From assembly GCA_030390025.1 (NCBI GenBank), contig CM059432.1:78742001-78806000 (forward strand): DNA of 64,000 nucleotides, read 5' to 3'. The notes beneath the pieces were generated by a model that was not told the DNA's origin, made no database searches, and saw only the letters and a list, made by a program, of their open reading frames with translations. Made by a program: the position numbers and the translations under genes. Position 1 is the stretch's first letter, and every line of letters begins with the position of its first letter. Shown one piece after another: positions 47,561 to 60,190 of the stretch. Source of the stretch: Squalus acanthias (taxonomy: Eukaryota).

Positions 47561-48831
47561 TTGGGAACCCTAGGACATAGTCAAGGCCTTAGTGAAGGCC
47601 TGCAGAATGGAGGAAAGCACAGTTCTACAGGTGCCACAGTTGCAGCTTGGTAGGAAGCAGTGTCTGGATTTGAAGAGGTTCCTAAATGCTATTACCAATG
47701 CCTAAAATATGGGGATTAAAATCACTGGCAGAGGCATTGTATCATCTAAGTCATCCAAGGCCTTATTCATCATTGTTCCCAAATGTGTCTCTGATGGATT
47801 GCCATGTACTGTAAGACCGCTGTTGTAATTTAAGAACTACCACTAAACTGTCATTTAGAAATGGTGTCCATCAAAATGAGAACAACTATGCCTCAGAAAT
47901 AGAATATAGATTTTTGGAGTGTTCCATTGATTAGCCATTCTGTAACATATTATGGAGAAAGGGGAGACTAATGGAGGCCAAGAACTATCCCAGGGATGAG
48001 TCGTTTTGTGGGATGCACTAACTGTTGATTTGTTTTACAGCACCAGTTGGAGTCCAGGTTTCACTCCCTCTTAGGCTTGTGGAAAAAGGAGGGAGTGCTA
48101 AACTCCAAGTGTTTGTGTTTTGTTTCCTCTGGAGGGGAATGGTATCAATAATGCAAATCCCTGATAAAGCAAACAGACGGGGTGGGGGAGGGATTTCCTC
48201 AGAGGCCATTCTGAGCCTGTTTAAGATCAGGAGTATCCAGAGGTATTTTTTTGTTACTATTATAAAATGAGTTGCTTGGCTCACACTGAGTAAAATTTAA
48301 AAATGCCATTAGGAAGAGAACTAAATGGCTTCACTTCTCAGTGAGAGACAGACTGGCAGAGCTCCATGGAAAATATTCTTAGAATTGGCCTCAAGACTCA
48401 GCATTTTCACAAGTCACGGCCATCTCCACATCTCCTTCGTCCTCTGTGTTAGGCGGTGGTGGGTTCAGCGTATTGGAGCTGACCTCACTGCACTACGTGT
48501 TCTTTACTTCTCTGAAAAGAGCTGACACACTGCTGGAAGATGCCCTGCATGGGTTCTGGGAGAGCAAAGGTGCTCACAAACGGAGATGTTAGCTAATTTG
48601 ACCAAGGGATTGGAGGTAGATGAATGGTGCCAGAAAACCAATTAACATCTTCTGGAATTCTCTTTACTTGGGTGAACATAATAAGAGACAGAACAAGTTT
48701 ATTTTACCTTTTTGTTAGAAAGTATTATGCTTCTTAACATTTTTAGGGTGCTCAGGGCGTGCAGGATAAACACTCCTGCTCCTCCTGGCTCCACATTCAG
48801 GTAAGTTAGTTACCTTCTTCACATAGGATTA

Positions 48832-51800
48832 CATAGGATATACGGCACAGAAACAGGCCATTCGGCCCAACCAGTCCATGCCATAAGAACATAAGAACAC
48901 AAGAAATAGGAGCAGGAGTAGGCCATTCAGCCCCTCGAGCCTGCTCCACCATTTAATGAGATCATGGATGATCCGATTTTGGCCTCAACTCCACTTTCCT
49001 GCCCGCTCCCCGTAACCCTTGACTTCCCTGTTGCTCAAAAATCTATCTATCTCAGCCTTGAATATATTCAATGACTCAGCTGCCACAGCTCTCTGGGGTA
49101 AAGAATTCCAAAGATTCACGACCCTCTGAGAGAAGCAATTCCTCCTCATCTCCGTCTTAAATGGGCGACCCCTTATTCTGAAACTATGCCCCCTAGTTCT
49201 AGATTTCCCCACGAGGGGAAACATCCTCTCAGCATCTACCCTGTCAAGCCCCCTCAGAATCTTATATGTTTCAATAAGATCACTTCTCATTCTTCTAAAC
49301 TCCAATGAGTATAGGCCCAACCTGCTCAACCTTTCCTCATAAGACAACCCCTTCATCCCAGGAATCAACCTAGTGAACATTCTCTGAACTGCCTCCAATG
49401 CAAGTATATCCCTCCTTAAATAAGGGAACCAAAACTGTACGCAGTACTCTAGGTGTGATCTCACCAGCACCCTGTACAGTTGTAGTAAGACTTCCCTACT
49501 TTTATACTCTATCCCCCTTGAAATAAAGGCCAACATTCCATTTGCCTTCCTAATTACTTGCTGCACCTGCATTTTAAATTTTTGTGTTTCGTGTACGAGG
49601 ACACCCAAATCCCTCTGTACCGCCACATTCTGTAGTCTTTTTCCATTTAAATGATATTTTTCTTTTCTATTCTTCCTACCAAAGTGGATAACTTCACATT
49701 TTCCCACATTATATTCCATCTGCCAAATTCTTGCCCACTCACTTAACCTACCTATATCCCTTTGCAGACTCTTTATGTCCTCCTCACAACTTGCTTTCCC
49801 ACCTATCTTTGTATCGTCCGCAAATCTGGCTACAATACACTCACTTCCTTCATCCAAGTCATTAACATAGATTGAAAATAGTTGAGGCCCCAGCACTGAT
49901 CCCTGTGGCATCCCACTAGTTACAGATTGCCATCCTGAAAATGACCCATTTATCCCGACTCTCTGTTTTCTGTTAGTTAGCCAATCCTCTATCCAATCTA
50001 ATATATTACCCCCAACACCATGAGCTCTTATCTTATGCAGTAACCTTTTATGTGGCACCTTGTCGAATACCTTTTGGAAATCCAAATACACTATATCTAC
50101 TGGTTCCCCTTTATCCACCCTGCTCGTTACCTCCTCAAAGAACTCTAATAGATTTGTCAAACACGATTTCCCTTTCATAAAACCATGCAGGCGTTTATGC
50201 TCCACTCAAGCCTCCTCCCGTCTTTCCTCATCTAACTCTGTCGGCATAACCCTCTATTCCCTTCTCCCTCATATGCTTATCTAGCCTCCCCTTAAATACA
50301 TCTAACTATTTGCCTCAACTACTCCCTGTGGTAGCGAACTCCACATTCTCACCACTCTCTGGGTAAAGACATTTCTTCTGAATTCCCTATTTGATTTCTT
50401 GGTGACTATCCTATATTGATGGCCTCTAGTTATGCTCTTCCCCACAAGTGGAAACACTCTCTCTGTATCTACTCTATCAAAGCCTTTCATAATTTTAAAG
50501 ACCTCAATTAGGTCACCCCTCAACCTTCTTTTTTCAAGCGAAAAGAGACACAGCCTGTTCATCCTTTCCTGATAGGTATACCCTCGCATTTCTGGTATCA
50601 TCCTTGTAAATCTTCTCTGCACCCTCTCCAGTGCCTCTATATCCTTTTTATAATATGACAATCAGAATTGTACGCAGTACTCCAAGTGTGGTCTAACCAA
50701 GGTTCGATATAAGTTTAGCATAACTTCACTACTTTTCAATTCTATCCCTCTAGAAATAAACCCAAGTGCTTGGTTTGCTTTTTTATGGCCTTGTTAACCT
50801 GTGTTGCTACTTTTAGTGATTTGTGTATTTGTACTCCGAGATCCGTTTGCTCCTCTACCCCACCCAGACTCGCACCCTCCAAGTAATAAGTGACCTCCCT
50901 ATTCTTCCTACCAAAATGTAATACCTCACATTTATCTGTGTTGAATTTCATTTGCCAATTATATACCCATTCTGCAAGTTTATTAATGTCTTCCTTTAAT
51001 TTGTTGCAGTCCTCCTCAGTATTAATTATCCCCCCAATTTGGTGTCATCCGCAAGTTTAGAAATTGTGTTTTTGATTCCAAAGTCTAAATTGTTAATATA
51101 AATTGTGAACAATGGTCCCAGCACTGATCCTTGTGGAACACTTCTGCCACTATGAATAGCTACCCTTTACCCCTACTCTCTGCTTTCTGTCTTGAAGCCA
51201 GCTAGCTATCCATTCTGCTACTTCTCCCCTGACTCCGCATTCTCTGACATTATTCATTAGTCTATTATGTGATACCTTATCGAAGGCCTTTTGAAAATCT
51301 AGATAAATTCCATTTACTGCATTACCATTGTCTATTCTCTCTGTTACCTCTTCAAAAAATTCAATGAGGTTGGTCAAGCAAGACTTTCCCTTTTGAAATC
51401 CATGCTGACTATTCATTATTATATTTTTGGCTTCTAGTTGTTCTTCTATTTTCTCCTTTAATAGGGATTCCATTATTTTTCCTACCACCGATGTTAAGCT
51501 GACTGGTCTATAGTTCCCTGGACATGTTCTATCTCCCTTCTTAAATATAGGTATTATGTTAGCTATCCACCAGTCCTCTGGCACTACACCTTTTTCTAAT
51601 GAATTATTAAATATGTGTGGTAATGCCTCTGCTATCTCTTCCCTAGATTCTTTTAAAATACACAGATGTAATCCATCCAGACCAGGGTTTTATTCCTCTT
51701 TGAGTTTGATTAGTTTATTTAATATATCTCCTCTTTTTATTTTAAATGCAGTTATTTCATTACTAATGTCATGTCCACCTGTTCTATCTCCCTGGTAAAT

Positions 51801-52660
51801 ACTAAGGCAAAGTAATTATTTAATATTTCTGCCATCTCGCACCTGTGTTTTTTTTTATTTGTTTATGGGATGTGGGCGTCGCTGGCAAGGCCAGCATTTA
51901 TTGCCCATCCCTAATTGCCCTTGAGAAGGTGGTGGTGAGCCGCCTTCTTGAACTGCTGCAGTCCGTGAGGTGAAGTTACTCCCACAGTGCTGTTAGGTAG
52001 GGAGTTCCAGGATTTTGACCCAGCGACGATGAAGGATCGGTGATATACTTCTAAGTCAGAATGGTGTGTGACTTGGAGGGGAACTTGGTGGTGTTCCCAT
52101 GCGTCTGCTGCCCTTGTCCTTCTAGGTGGAAGAGGTCGCGGGTTTGGGAGGTGCTGCCAAAGAAGGCCTATCCATCCCTTGGTGGCCCTATTCCCATCCC
52201 GACCTTCCTTTTTTTATTGCTGTGCTTGTAAAATAATTTACTATTTTGTTTTATGTTCCTTGATAATTTAATTTCATAGTTCCTCTTTGCCTTCCTAATT
52301 TTTTTTGACTTCTCTCCTAATTCTTTGTATTTTCCCTTATCATGCTCTCCCGTGCTGTCCATGTACTTAATGTATGCCTCTTTCCTTACCCTCAATTTTT
52401 CCCTTATGGCTTTATTCATCCATGGTGTCTCATTAGTGTTTAGCTTGTTCTTGTTTTTTAGCGGAATATATATTTTCCTGGACTCTGTTGAACACCATTT
52501 TAAATGTTTCCCATTGCTGTTCTACGTCATTGTTTGCCAATATTGTTGTCCATTTTATTTTCCCAAGTTCTATTCTCAGCCCCTCAAAATCAGCTTTTCT
52601 CCAATCCATTACCCTGGTCTTCGTCATACTTATGTCATTCTCAATTATTATTTTAATTGC
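48832..52660 (-). mobile_element. CR1 LINE (degenerate), interrupted by a younger CR1 and another LINE tail
   Basis: Tail at 48832-48881 resumes at 50189; RT pieces 50302-51584; upstream ORF2 part 52168-52675. Confidence 0.85.
48882..50188 (-). mobile_element. CR1 LINE, 5'-truncated, open RT-to-C-terminus frame
   Basis: HGFMKGKSCL...FADD...stop at 48985; CCATGC on both sides (48876-48881 / 50183-50188). Confidence 0.93.
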
Positions 52661-53330
52661 TTGACAGGCGCTCATTAGGACTGGTTTCCCTGAATGCTAC
52701 CCGCGATGGGCAAACCTATTGGAGAGGGGTCTTCAATCAGGCGTTCGGTCCCTTATTTGCATATGTAAAGAGCTTCAAGGTGCCAATTAGCCCTGGAGTA
52801 GCAGCAACAGCCCCAGGGCAGTTGGTGAAGAGAGGGGGCCTACTAGTGGCCTCCTCTGCCTCTATAATGCCCCCAGAAACTCACCTGCTGAAGGCCTCAG
52901 TCCCATCTGAGGCAATCAGTAAAAACGTTTTTAACATCTTCAGGGCATTTCTGCTCCCTTTAAGATGTTCTTTGCCTCTTCAGGTGCTGCAGCAGGTCCC
53001 ATCGCTGCAGCACCACCCGATTTCCCTTCTCCACAGCATTGTGTTTCCTTTTGGTGGCAGGTATCCCGCTGGGAGCATGCCGTGCTTCCTTAAAGATCCC
53101 CAACCCAGTAAAATGGGTGAGGATCATGACAGAGTCAGGCAGCAGGTAGGAGTCCCGCCCCATTGCAATATCACCAACGAAAGGAAAATGCAGCCCTAAA
53201 TATCTCTAATTCCAAAGTATTTCCTTATTTTTGACATGTTTCCAGCATTAAATGTAAAATATGATCCAGCATATATTACTATTCAGACTGTTTATATATG
53301 TGGGTTGAAAGCCTTTATTCTAAACATGAT

Positions 53331-54041
53331 GGGGGCAATTTTAACCCCCGCTGCCTCCCCCCCCCCCCCACACACACACACACAAAATGTCGGGCGGGAC
53401 AGGGAGCTTAAATCAGCAAATTTGAGAAACACAACCCCAACCCACTGCGAACGCGCCTGCTTCCGATTTAGCCGCGGCAGGTTTGGGGGCGTCCGAGTAA
53501 CCCGCTCTGGAGAGACGGGTCCATGATTATAATTTGGAAATAAGGTTCCATTCCTGATATTTTGGCAGCCAATTGAATTTAACGCTGGCTGGCTGGGATT
53601 TCCAGGGCTCGGAAACCCGGCAGCTAAAGAGAGGTGGGAGCATCCAGCAGCTACGTGCTTTTTATAGCACTGTTTGTGTGCCAGGAGGAGCAGGAGTGCT
53701 CCCCCGGCCCCTCAAACAAATCTTCTGCCACAATCAATCGACCCCCCCTCCAAACCGCGATGTATCCCAGTAACCCATCCCAGTAACCCTCCCAATTGCC
53801 AGTCCCACCCTTCACCAACCCACGATGTCACCCGGTACCATCCTCCTCTCGATTGCAAGGCCGACTACCCCCACCCCTGCCACACCAATCCCCGATGTTT
53901 CCCGGTTGCCGGGGACCAGCCTTCTACTGCGAGATTTCGCGCCCGGCAGCCGGCCGCTAAATTTGACAGAGCTCCGCGTTCCCAGCATTTCCGGGTTTTC
54001 CCCGCTAGCACGCGCCCATGCTCCCTGTAACTATCAGGGCT
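53331..54041. mobile_element. Harbinger-type MITE
   Basis: Ends GGGGGCAATTTT / ACTATCAGGGCT with GAT on both flanks. Another MITE end (AAAATGCAGCCC-TAA) lies at ~53185-53199. Confidence 0.55.
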
Positions 54042-54129
54042 GATGATTCTGAAAGGCATGGATTTACTGCCACCACCTGTTGGCAAAGTGCAACTACATC
54101 ATAGGCATCACTACCATTTATTATAATGA

Positions 54130-54452
54130 TTCTTTCGGATGAGATGTTAAACCGAGGGCCCGTCTGCTCTCTCAGGTGGACGTAAAAGAACCCATGGCAC
54201 TTCTTCGAAGAAGAGCAGAGGAGTTGTCCCCGTGTCCAGGCCAATATTTATCTCTCAATCAACATCACTAAAAAAAACAGATTATCTGGTCACTATCACA
54301 TTGCTGTTTTTGGGAGCTTGCTGTGCGCAAATTGGCTGCCGCTTTTCCTACATTACAAACAGTGACGACACTACAAAAGTAATTCAATGGCTGTAAAGCG
54401 CTTTGGGACGTCCTGAGGTTATGAAAAGCGCTATATAAATGCAACTCTTTCT
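54130..54452 (+). mobile_element. Deu-domain SINE (SacSINE1/AmnSINE1-like)
   Basis: TCGGATGAGATGTTAAACCGAGG...CAGGTGGACGTAAAAGA.CCCATGGCAC...GAAGAAGAGCAG, recalled as the Deu domain; tail GCGCTATATAAATGCAA. Degraded minus-strand copies at ~55520-55850 and ~62245-62390. Confidence 0.75.
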
Positions 54453-56386
54453 TTATAAATATTGGCTGGGACACAGCAATCTCTTGTTGCTTCAAAGTTT
54501 GGACACTGTTTTAAAACTAACTTTGCTTAATCATTGCTTATCAGTGTTTCTCAATCACATCCTGTTGCCACGTTTTAGCTTTTAAAAACATTCTAGTCAG
54601 AGACAATCTTGGAACGAACATTTTGTGTGGACAATCTCCACATGAAGTTTTACCGCCTCTTTGTTAGAGCAATCCTAAACTAATCCAATAACTAACTAAT
54701 GAGGATTTCTGCCTGCAGTGCACTGACCACATTTGTGATGGTTCCAATGCTGAGGAAAAAAAGCCCCTCCTTTTAATGGTAGCATTGATTAAATAGGTTG
54801 TTAAATAGATGCCAACAATGAAAACGTCAAAACACTGAGATTGTTATTATAAAAACGGGAGGACGTCGCAACAGCCCATTGATAGGGGCTACCTTTTCTC
54901 ATACCTCGTTCCTTTTCTCATACCTTATTACTTTTCTCAAAACTTTTCATAATTCTTACACATTTTCTAAAAAAAATACATTTGCAGCAAAAACAGTTGA
55001 CCCTTTGGTCCTCCTCTTCTTAGTGCAGACTCTGATGGTCTTCCAGTATTAGGTTTACAGTAGGAACTATATTCCCCTTACCAAAATAAAATATATATGA
55101 AACTGAGCCAAACAAAAATGTATTTATTAACAAAATTCTAATCTAATATTGTTTTAAAAAATCATGGATGTGGACTGAGTTCTTCTTTCTCATGAGTATC
55201 TTAATCTCTTGAATTATTCATATTAGAGGATGAAACTATTGTATTTTTTTCTACAAAAAATAATGCTGTCTGGTTTTAGTACTGGTGATTTGGCCAAGTT
55301 ATGCTATTTTCCATTTGTCTGCACTGTAAGATTGAGTGCACGGAAGATACTAAAACTTTTCTATCCCCAGGATACCATAGATTGAGGTAATTCAGCCCAT
55401 GATGCCTTTGCTGCCTCTTTGTTAGAGCAATCTTAAACTAATCCACTACCCCACTCTACACAATGCCATAAAGTGCAAATTCATGCATGGACACAGAACC
55501 ATTTATTATGCATTATTGCAAATAGAAGATAACTAATTTATATATTGCCATATTACATCTTCAGTATGTCCAAAAGGGTTTTCCAGCCAATGAATTACTT
55601 TTGAAGTACAGTCACTGTTAAATAGGAAAATGTAACAGCCAATATGCGCACGGTGAATCCCACAAACATCAATGAGGTGACCAGTTAATCTGTTTTTGGT
55701 GGTGTTGGTTGAGACATATATATTAGCCAGGACACTGGAAGAACTCCTTATATTTTTTGACTAGTACTATGGAACCACTTAACCGTGATCAGAGCAATAC
55801 TGTACAAATTAAAAAGGCTTTATAATCCCCATCCAAAAGCACGTATTTCTGTACAAAATACGGTAGCTTTAAAACCTGTCAGAGAAGATACTCATTTCCT
55901 CTCAGTGCAGTCTGATTAGCTATTTATGTGCGTGTTTCAGCACGTGTCCATCTGGTTAATGGACTACGGGATCATTTTTAAGGAGGGCATATCCAAGATC
56001 AAAAGAAAAACCACAGTGGTTGTGTAGTGCCCATGCCCCAGTGACTGCAGTGAGTCAGGCCAGAACTGGGTCCAAGGCTCCGGGATCAGCCGGGAGGCTG
56101 CAGGACTGATGGGGAATTTGTCAGCCACACACTGCAATCTCTTCCTTTTCTCTCAAATATGGGATTTTTTACAATGCAAGCGCTAAGAAGAGCAACGGGT
56201 ATTGGAACTTACGCTCGATTGAACGAACGAACGCTTGAATGAACGAACGAACAATTGAATGAATGATCGAATGATCGAACGAACAATGCCAGTAGGACTG
56301 GCGTAAAATGGGTTTTTATTGGAATAAGTGTTATCTGTAGCATTTAATTGGATTATGATGGTGCTATGTGTTTGTACACTGTGGTG

Positions 56387-56897
56387 TTGAAATGGTTTTT
56401 GTTTTATGTGGAGTTAACTTTGAGATTTATTATTTTAAATCTAAAAAGTTGTGTGGTATTGTTTAAGGGTATTTGTACTGTAAACATTATTGATTATTTG
56501 TAAAATTAATCATTGCATTTATATTAACTATAAGGCTGTTTTTAAGGCTTTATTTTTTACTGTGATGGATGAATGTAATGGATTTACTATGTAATTGATG
56601 AGTTGTACAGGTATTATTGTTTTTGAATAAAATATTTGAAATGGTTTTTGTTTTATGTGGAGTTAACTTTGAGATTTATTATTTTAAATCTAAAAAGTTG
56701 CGTGGTATTGTTTAAGGGCATTTGTACTGTAAACATTATTGATTATTTGTAAAATTAATCATTGCATTTATATTAACTATAAGGCTGTTTTTAAGGCTTA
56801 TTTTTTTACTGTGATGGATGAATGTAATGGATTTACTATGTAATGGATTTACTATGTAATTGATGAGTTGTATAAGTATTATTGTATTTGAATAAAA
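56387..56897 (+). repeat. Tandem duplication, ~249-bp unit x2
   Basis: Units start TTGAAATGGTTTTTG at 56387 and 56636 and each ends near AATAAA; the second unit has an extra 16-bp internal duplication. Confidence 0.95.
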
Positions 56898-57039
56898 AGA
56901 TTTCTCCAGTCCCTTGTTCGGGGCCAGGGGAGGCTGTGGATCTTTATTCCCCTTAAAAAAAGAGCAACGGGGGTGTGGTGTACTAAACGCGGACTTCTGG
57001 CATCTCTGGTTACTTTGAAGTCACTCTGTGCTTCAAAAC

Positions 57040-57145
57040 GAAGTTTTCCGGTTGATGACGCTTATTGGTCAATTAAAATAGGCCTTCCGGCGGTGGGCTG
57101 GGCCTGGCCGAGGGAGGAGGAAATAACGCAGCCGGAAGTGATCAT
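57040..57145 (+). promoter_or_regulatory. RRS1 core promoter (ETS/GABP sites, CCAAT, CRE-like)
   Basis: TTCCGG at 57045 and 57085, CCGGAAGTG at 57132-57140, ATTGG at 57065, TGACG; start of a CpG island running into the CDS. Confidence 0.65.
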
Positions 57146-57196
57146 TTAACCTTCCAGGCTTGCCTTGTGCTGTGAGTGTGGGAGAGAGAGAGAGAG

Positions 57197-58204
57197 ATGG
57201 CGGTTCCGGTGGAGACCCTGCTGGCCGATTTGGAGCGGGCCGAGGCGGCGCGGCTGCAGTCTGTCAGTGTGCACAAGGAGCTGGAGCTGAGCTTCGATCT
57301 GGGCAGCCTGACGGCGCTCGACACCAACGCCCCGAACGCTGGCGCCTTGCGGCAGAGCCTCGAGCAGTCGCTGCGCTCGCTGGCGCGCGACAACACGCAG
57401 CTGCTGGTCAACGCCATCTGGGGCCTGCCCACCGAGCGGCTGCAGGAGACCATCGTGGCCAAGCTCCCCGAGCCCACCACACGCATCCCCCGCGAAAAGC
57501 CTCTGCCCCGACCCCGGCCGCCCACCCGCTGGGAACAATTCGCCCAGCTCAAGGGGATCCAGAAGAAAAAGAAAACCAACCTGGTCTGGGACAAGGAGAA
57601 GAAAGAGTGGCGGCGCCGCTGGGGCTACAAGAGAGCCAACGATGAGACCAAAGAGTGGGTTATTGAAGTGCCCGAGAAGGCAGATCCCAATGAGGATCAG
57701 TTTACGAAACGTGTTACAGCCAAAAAAGAAAGGGTGGCGAAGAACGAGCTGCATAGGCTGCGCAATATCGCCAGAGCTCAGAAGATTAAAGTGCCAGGCT
57801 TGGGACTCGCCTCGACCAACCAGCCAAGCAAGGCTGAGCTAGGCAGAGCCATTCACGTGGCTAAGTCCTCCACAGCTTCAGTTGGCAAATTTCAGGATAA
57901 GTTACCTAAAGAAAAGGAGCTGAGGAATGCTGGCAAGAAGAGGCAGTTCCAGCCCCTGATTGGAGATTTATCTGCAGAGAGGCAGAAACAGCTAGAACTT
58001 TTAAAAATCATGTCCAGCAAGAAACCAAAACTGGACCTCACAAAAGCTGTAAATAGGCAGCTTCGTGAAGATGATCAGGAGCAGGCGGCAAAGCGAAAGA
58101 AAACGTGGTCGAAAGGCAGGAAAGGAGGAAAAGGTCATAGTGGAAAGGGTGGAAAAGGTCAGGATCGAAAATCGGCCATGAAACAGCGAGGAAAGGGAAA
58201 ATGA
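57197..58204 (+). CDS. RRS1: Ribosome biogenesis regulatory protein homolog RRS1, single exon, 335 aa
   Basis: V.KELEL.FDLG.L.A.D, LARDNTQLLVNAIW.LP, LPEPTTRIPREKPLP.P.P.TRWEQFA.LKGI.KKKK.NLVWD...KEW.RRWGY, KKERVAKNE..RLRN, STASVGKFQ, basic C-terminus. Good Kozak context (GAGATGG); AATAAA at 58338-58343. Confidence 0.97.
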   Translation: MAVPVETLLADLERAEAARLQSVSVHKELELSFDLGSLTALDTNAPNAGALRQSLEQSLRSLARDNTQLLVNAIWGLPTERLQETIVAKLPEPTTRIPREKPLPRPRPPTRWEQFAQLKGIQKKKKTNLVWDKEKKEWRRRWGYKRANDETKEWVIEVPEKADPNEDQFTKRVTAKKERVAKNELHRLRNIARAQKIKVPGLGLASTNQPSKAELGRAIHVAKSSTASVGKFQDKLPKEKELRNAGKKRQFQPLIGDLSAERQKQLELLKIMSSKKPKLDLTKAVNRQLREDDQEQAAKRKKTWSKGRKGGKGHSGKGGKGQDRKSAMKQRGKGK

Positions 58205-59439
58205 ACCATATAGGAAGATGAGCCACATAGAACTGTTGTTTAAATATTGTACTTTTGACTGCAAAGAACATTCTAGTTTTGAGAAAAATATCTAGTCCTT
58301 TGAAAAATGTCCTCAGCTTTGTTTTTCAGGAATTTAAAATAAACTAAACTATATTTTATTTCATGTGGTATGTGTATCTGTACAAATATATATTAGAGTG
58401 CAGGATTATACTTTGTGCAGAAAGTGACTTACATTTGTATCCACATAGTCATCTTTCGTGTGGTTCAAGGCTTGTTTCTGCAACCCTACATGTAGCTGGC
58501 TGCTACCAAAAGGGTCACATTAAAATCATTTTACCTTGTGGGACATCCAATTATGGTAACTAACAACTCCTTCAAAGATTTTTTTGCCTTTCAAACAATG
58601 AGTATATGAAGCATGTAAGAACACACCATTTGCTGTAACTTAAAGTTGACCAAATTTACAGCAAATTGTGTGTTCTTACAAGTCCACCCTCAAGTGGCTG
58701 TGCACCCGAATCAAGGGTCACAGGCACGTACAACTCGCAGGTGTTGTCTTTTTCCTTCGGCATCTTCTGTAACAGTTTAATCCATTCTTGTTGCTTGCGT
58801 CTCCTGTTGACTTGTCAAGTCATCATTAGTAAATATAACACAATCACCAACTGAACAATGACCAAAACATGGAGATAATTCTTTACCCCTCGCCCCGTCA
58901 AACAAGCAAGAAGGCAGGATCACTTTCCATGTGAACTGGCAGTCATGTTTTGGTGGGGAGGAGCCATTTACCCTTGCAATATTTTGTTTATAAGGTGAAT
59001 TTTCAATTTTTTTTTGAAATCTTGGTCATTTTTTAAAATACACTCTCGGTTCTAAAGATGGAAAAGACTAAGCTCGAGCACGAAGAATGAGCACTTGGGT
59101 AAAGTAATGGCGGACTGCCGGAACCCAGGAGGATGTGCCCCAGTGTGAGTCACAGCCTTAAGGGAAGAGAGGAAAAATGTTTTGAAATTGCTCTAGTTCA
59201 GTTTTCAATTCAATTATTCATGATTTGCGTGTCTTTGCAGGTTGCCATGGGATGTTTATAAAGTGGAGAAATAATTCGATATCCTGGAGCAGAATATTTT
59301 TGTCTCGAGCATTAAATAAAAAATGTTTTCACAAGTTGCATCATATGGGAAATTAAGAGCTGTGTTTGGATAATGTAAAGTGAAGTACCAGCATGCTGCT
59401 TCAAAAGTAACAAGACATCAGGAGGGAGGTAGAGTTGTC

Positions 59440-60190
59440 CACTTCAGAGTAATAACAAAAGTTCCTTTGTTCCAAGATGCTTTACAGAGAAATAAAATAA
59501 GGAGCTGTGGAACAGATGCTAGAGGAGGTGGCTGAAGGTTAGGTTGAAAAGATGGGTTTTGAGAAGATTGTTAAAGGACAGAGAAATAGAGGTAGAGGGG
59601 ATTAAGGAGCAGGAGTAGGCCACACAATAAGATTATGGCTGAACTTCTACCTCAACTCCACTTTCACTAGATAGGGAATTCCATAGAATAGGACTGAGGG
59701 AACTAAAAACTGTGCCACTGATGGTGGGACAAATTGGGGGAATGCACAGGAGCCAAGAGTCGGAGGATTAAAGAGTGGTGGAGGGGATGTAAGGTTTTAG
59801 GAGGTTGCAGAGCTTGGGAGGAGCGAGGTTATGGAGAGATTTGAAGACAAGGACAATGATTTTGAACTGGATGCATTTGAGGATAGGGAGCTAATGTAGG
59901 GCAGCAAGGATGGGAGTAATGGACAAGGGAGACACCGTGCAAGACAGGATGCAGGCAGCTGTACGGAAGACAAATTGGAGTTTTTCCAAGATGGATGATG
60001 GAAGACCAGTAAGGAGACCATTACAAATCTGGAGATATGGGGGGGGGGGGGGCAAATGTGGATAGGGTTTTTTTTTGGGGGGGGGTGCAGAATGTGGATA
60101 GGGGTTTCAGTGGTAGGGGGCTGAGATGGGGCAGAGACAGGCAATGTTGCAAAGGTGGAAGTATATGGAATATAAAGCTCATTTGGTATC
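59440..60190 (-). mobile_element. Degraded L2-type LINE 3' fragment
   Basis: Pyrimidine-rich minus strand with decayed L2-like ORF2 end (...IQFKIIVLVFKSLHNLAP...). A related plus-strand tail lies at ~61075-61310. Confidence 0.55.

Noticed and set aside
57142..57754. Antisense and alternative-frame ORFs over RRS1
   Set aside because: By-products of the GC-rich RRS1 coding strand; no recognisable motifs.
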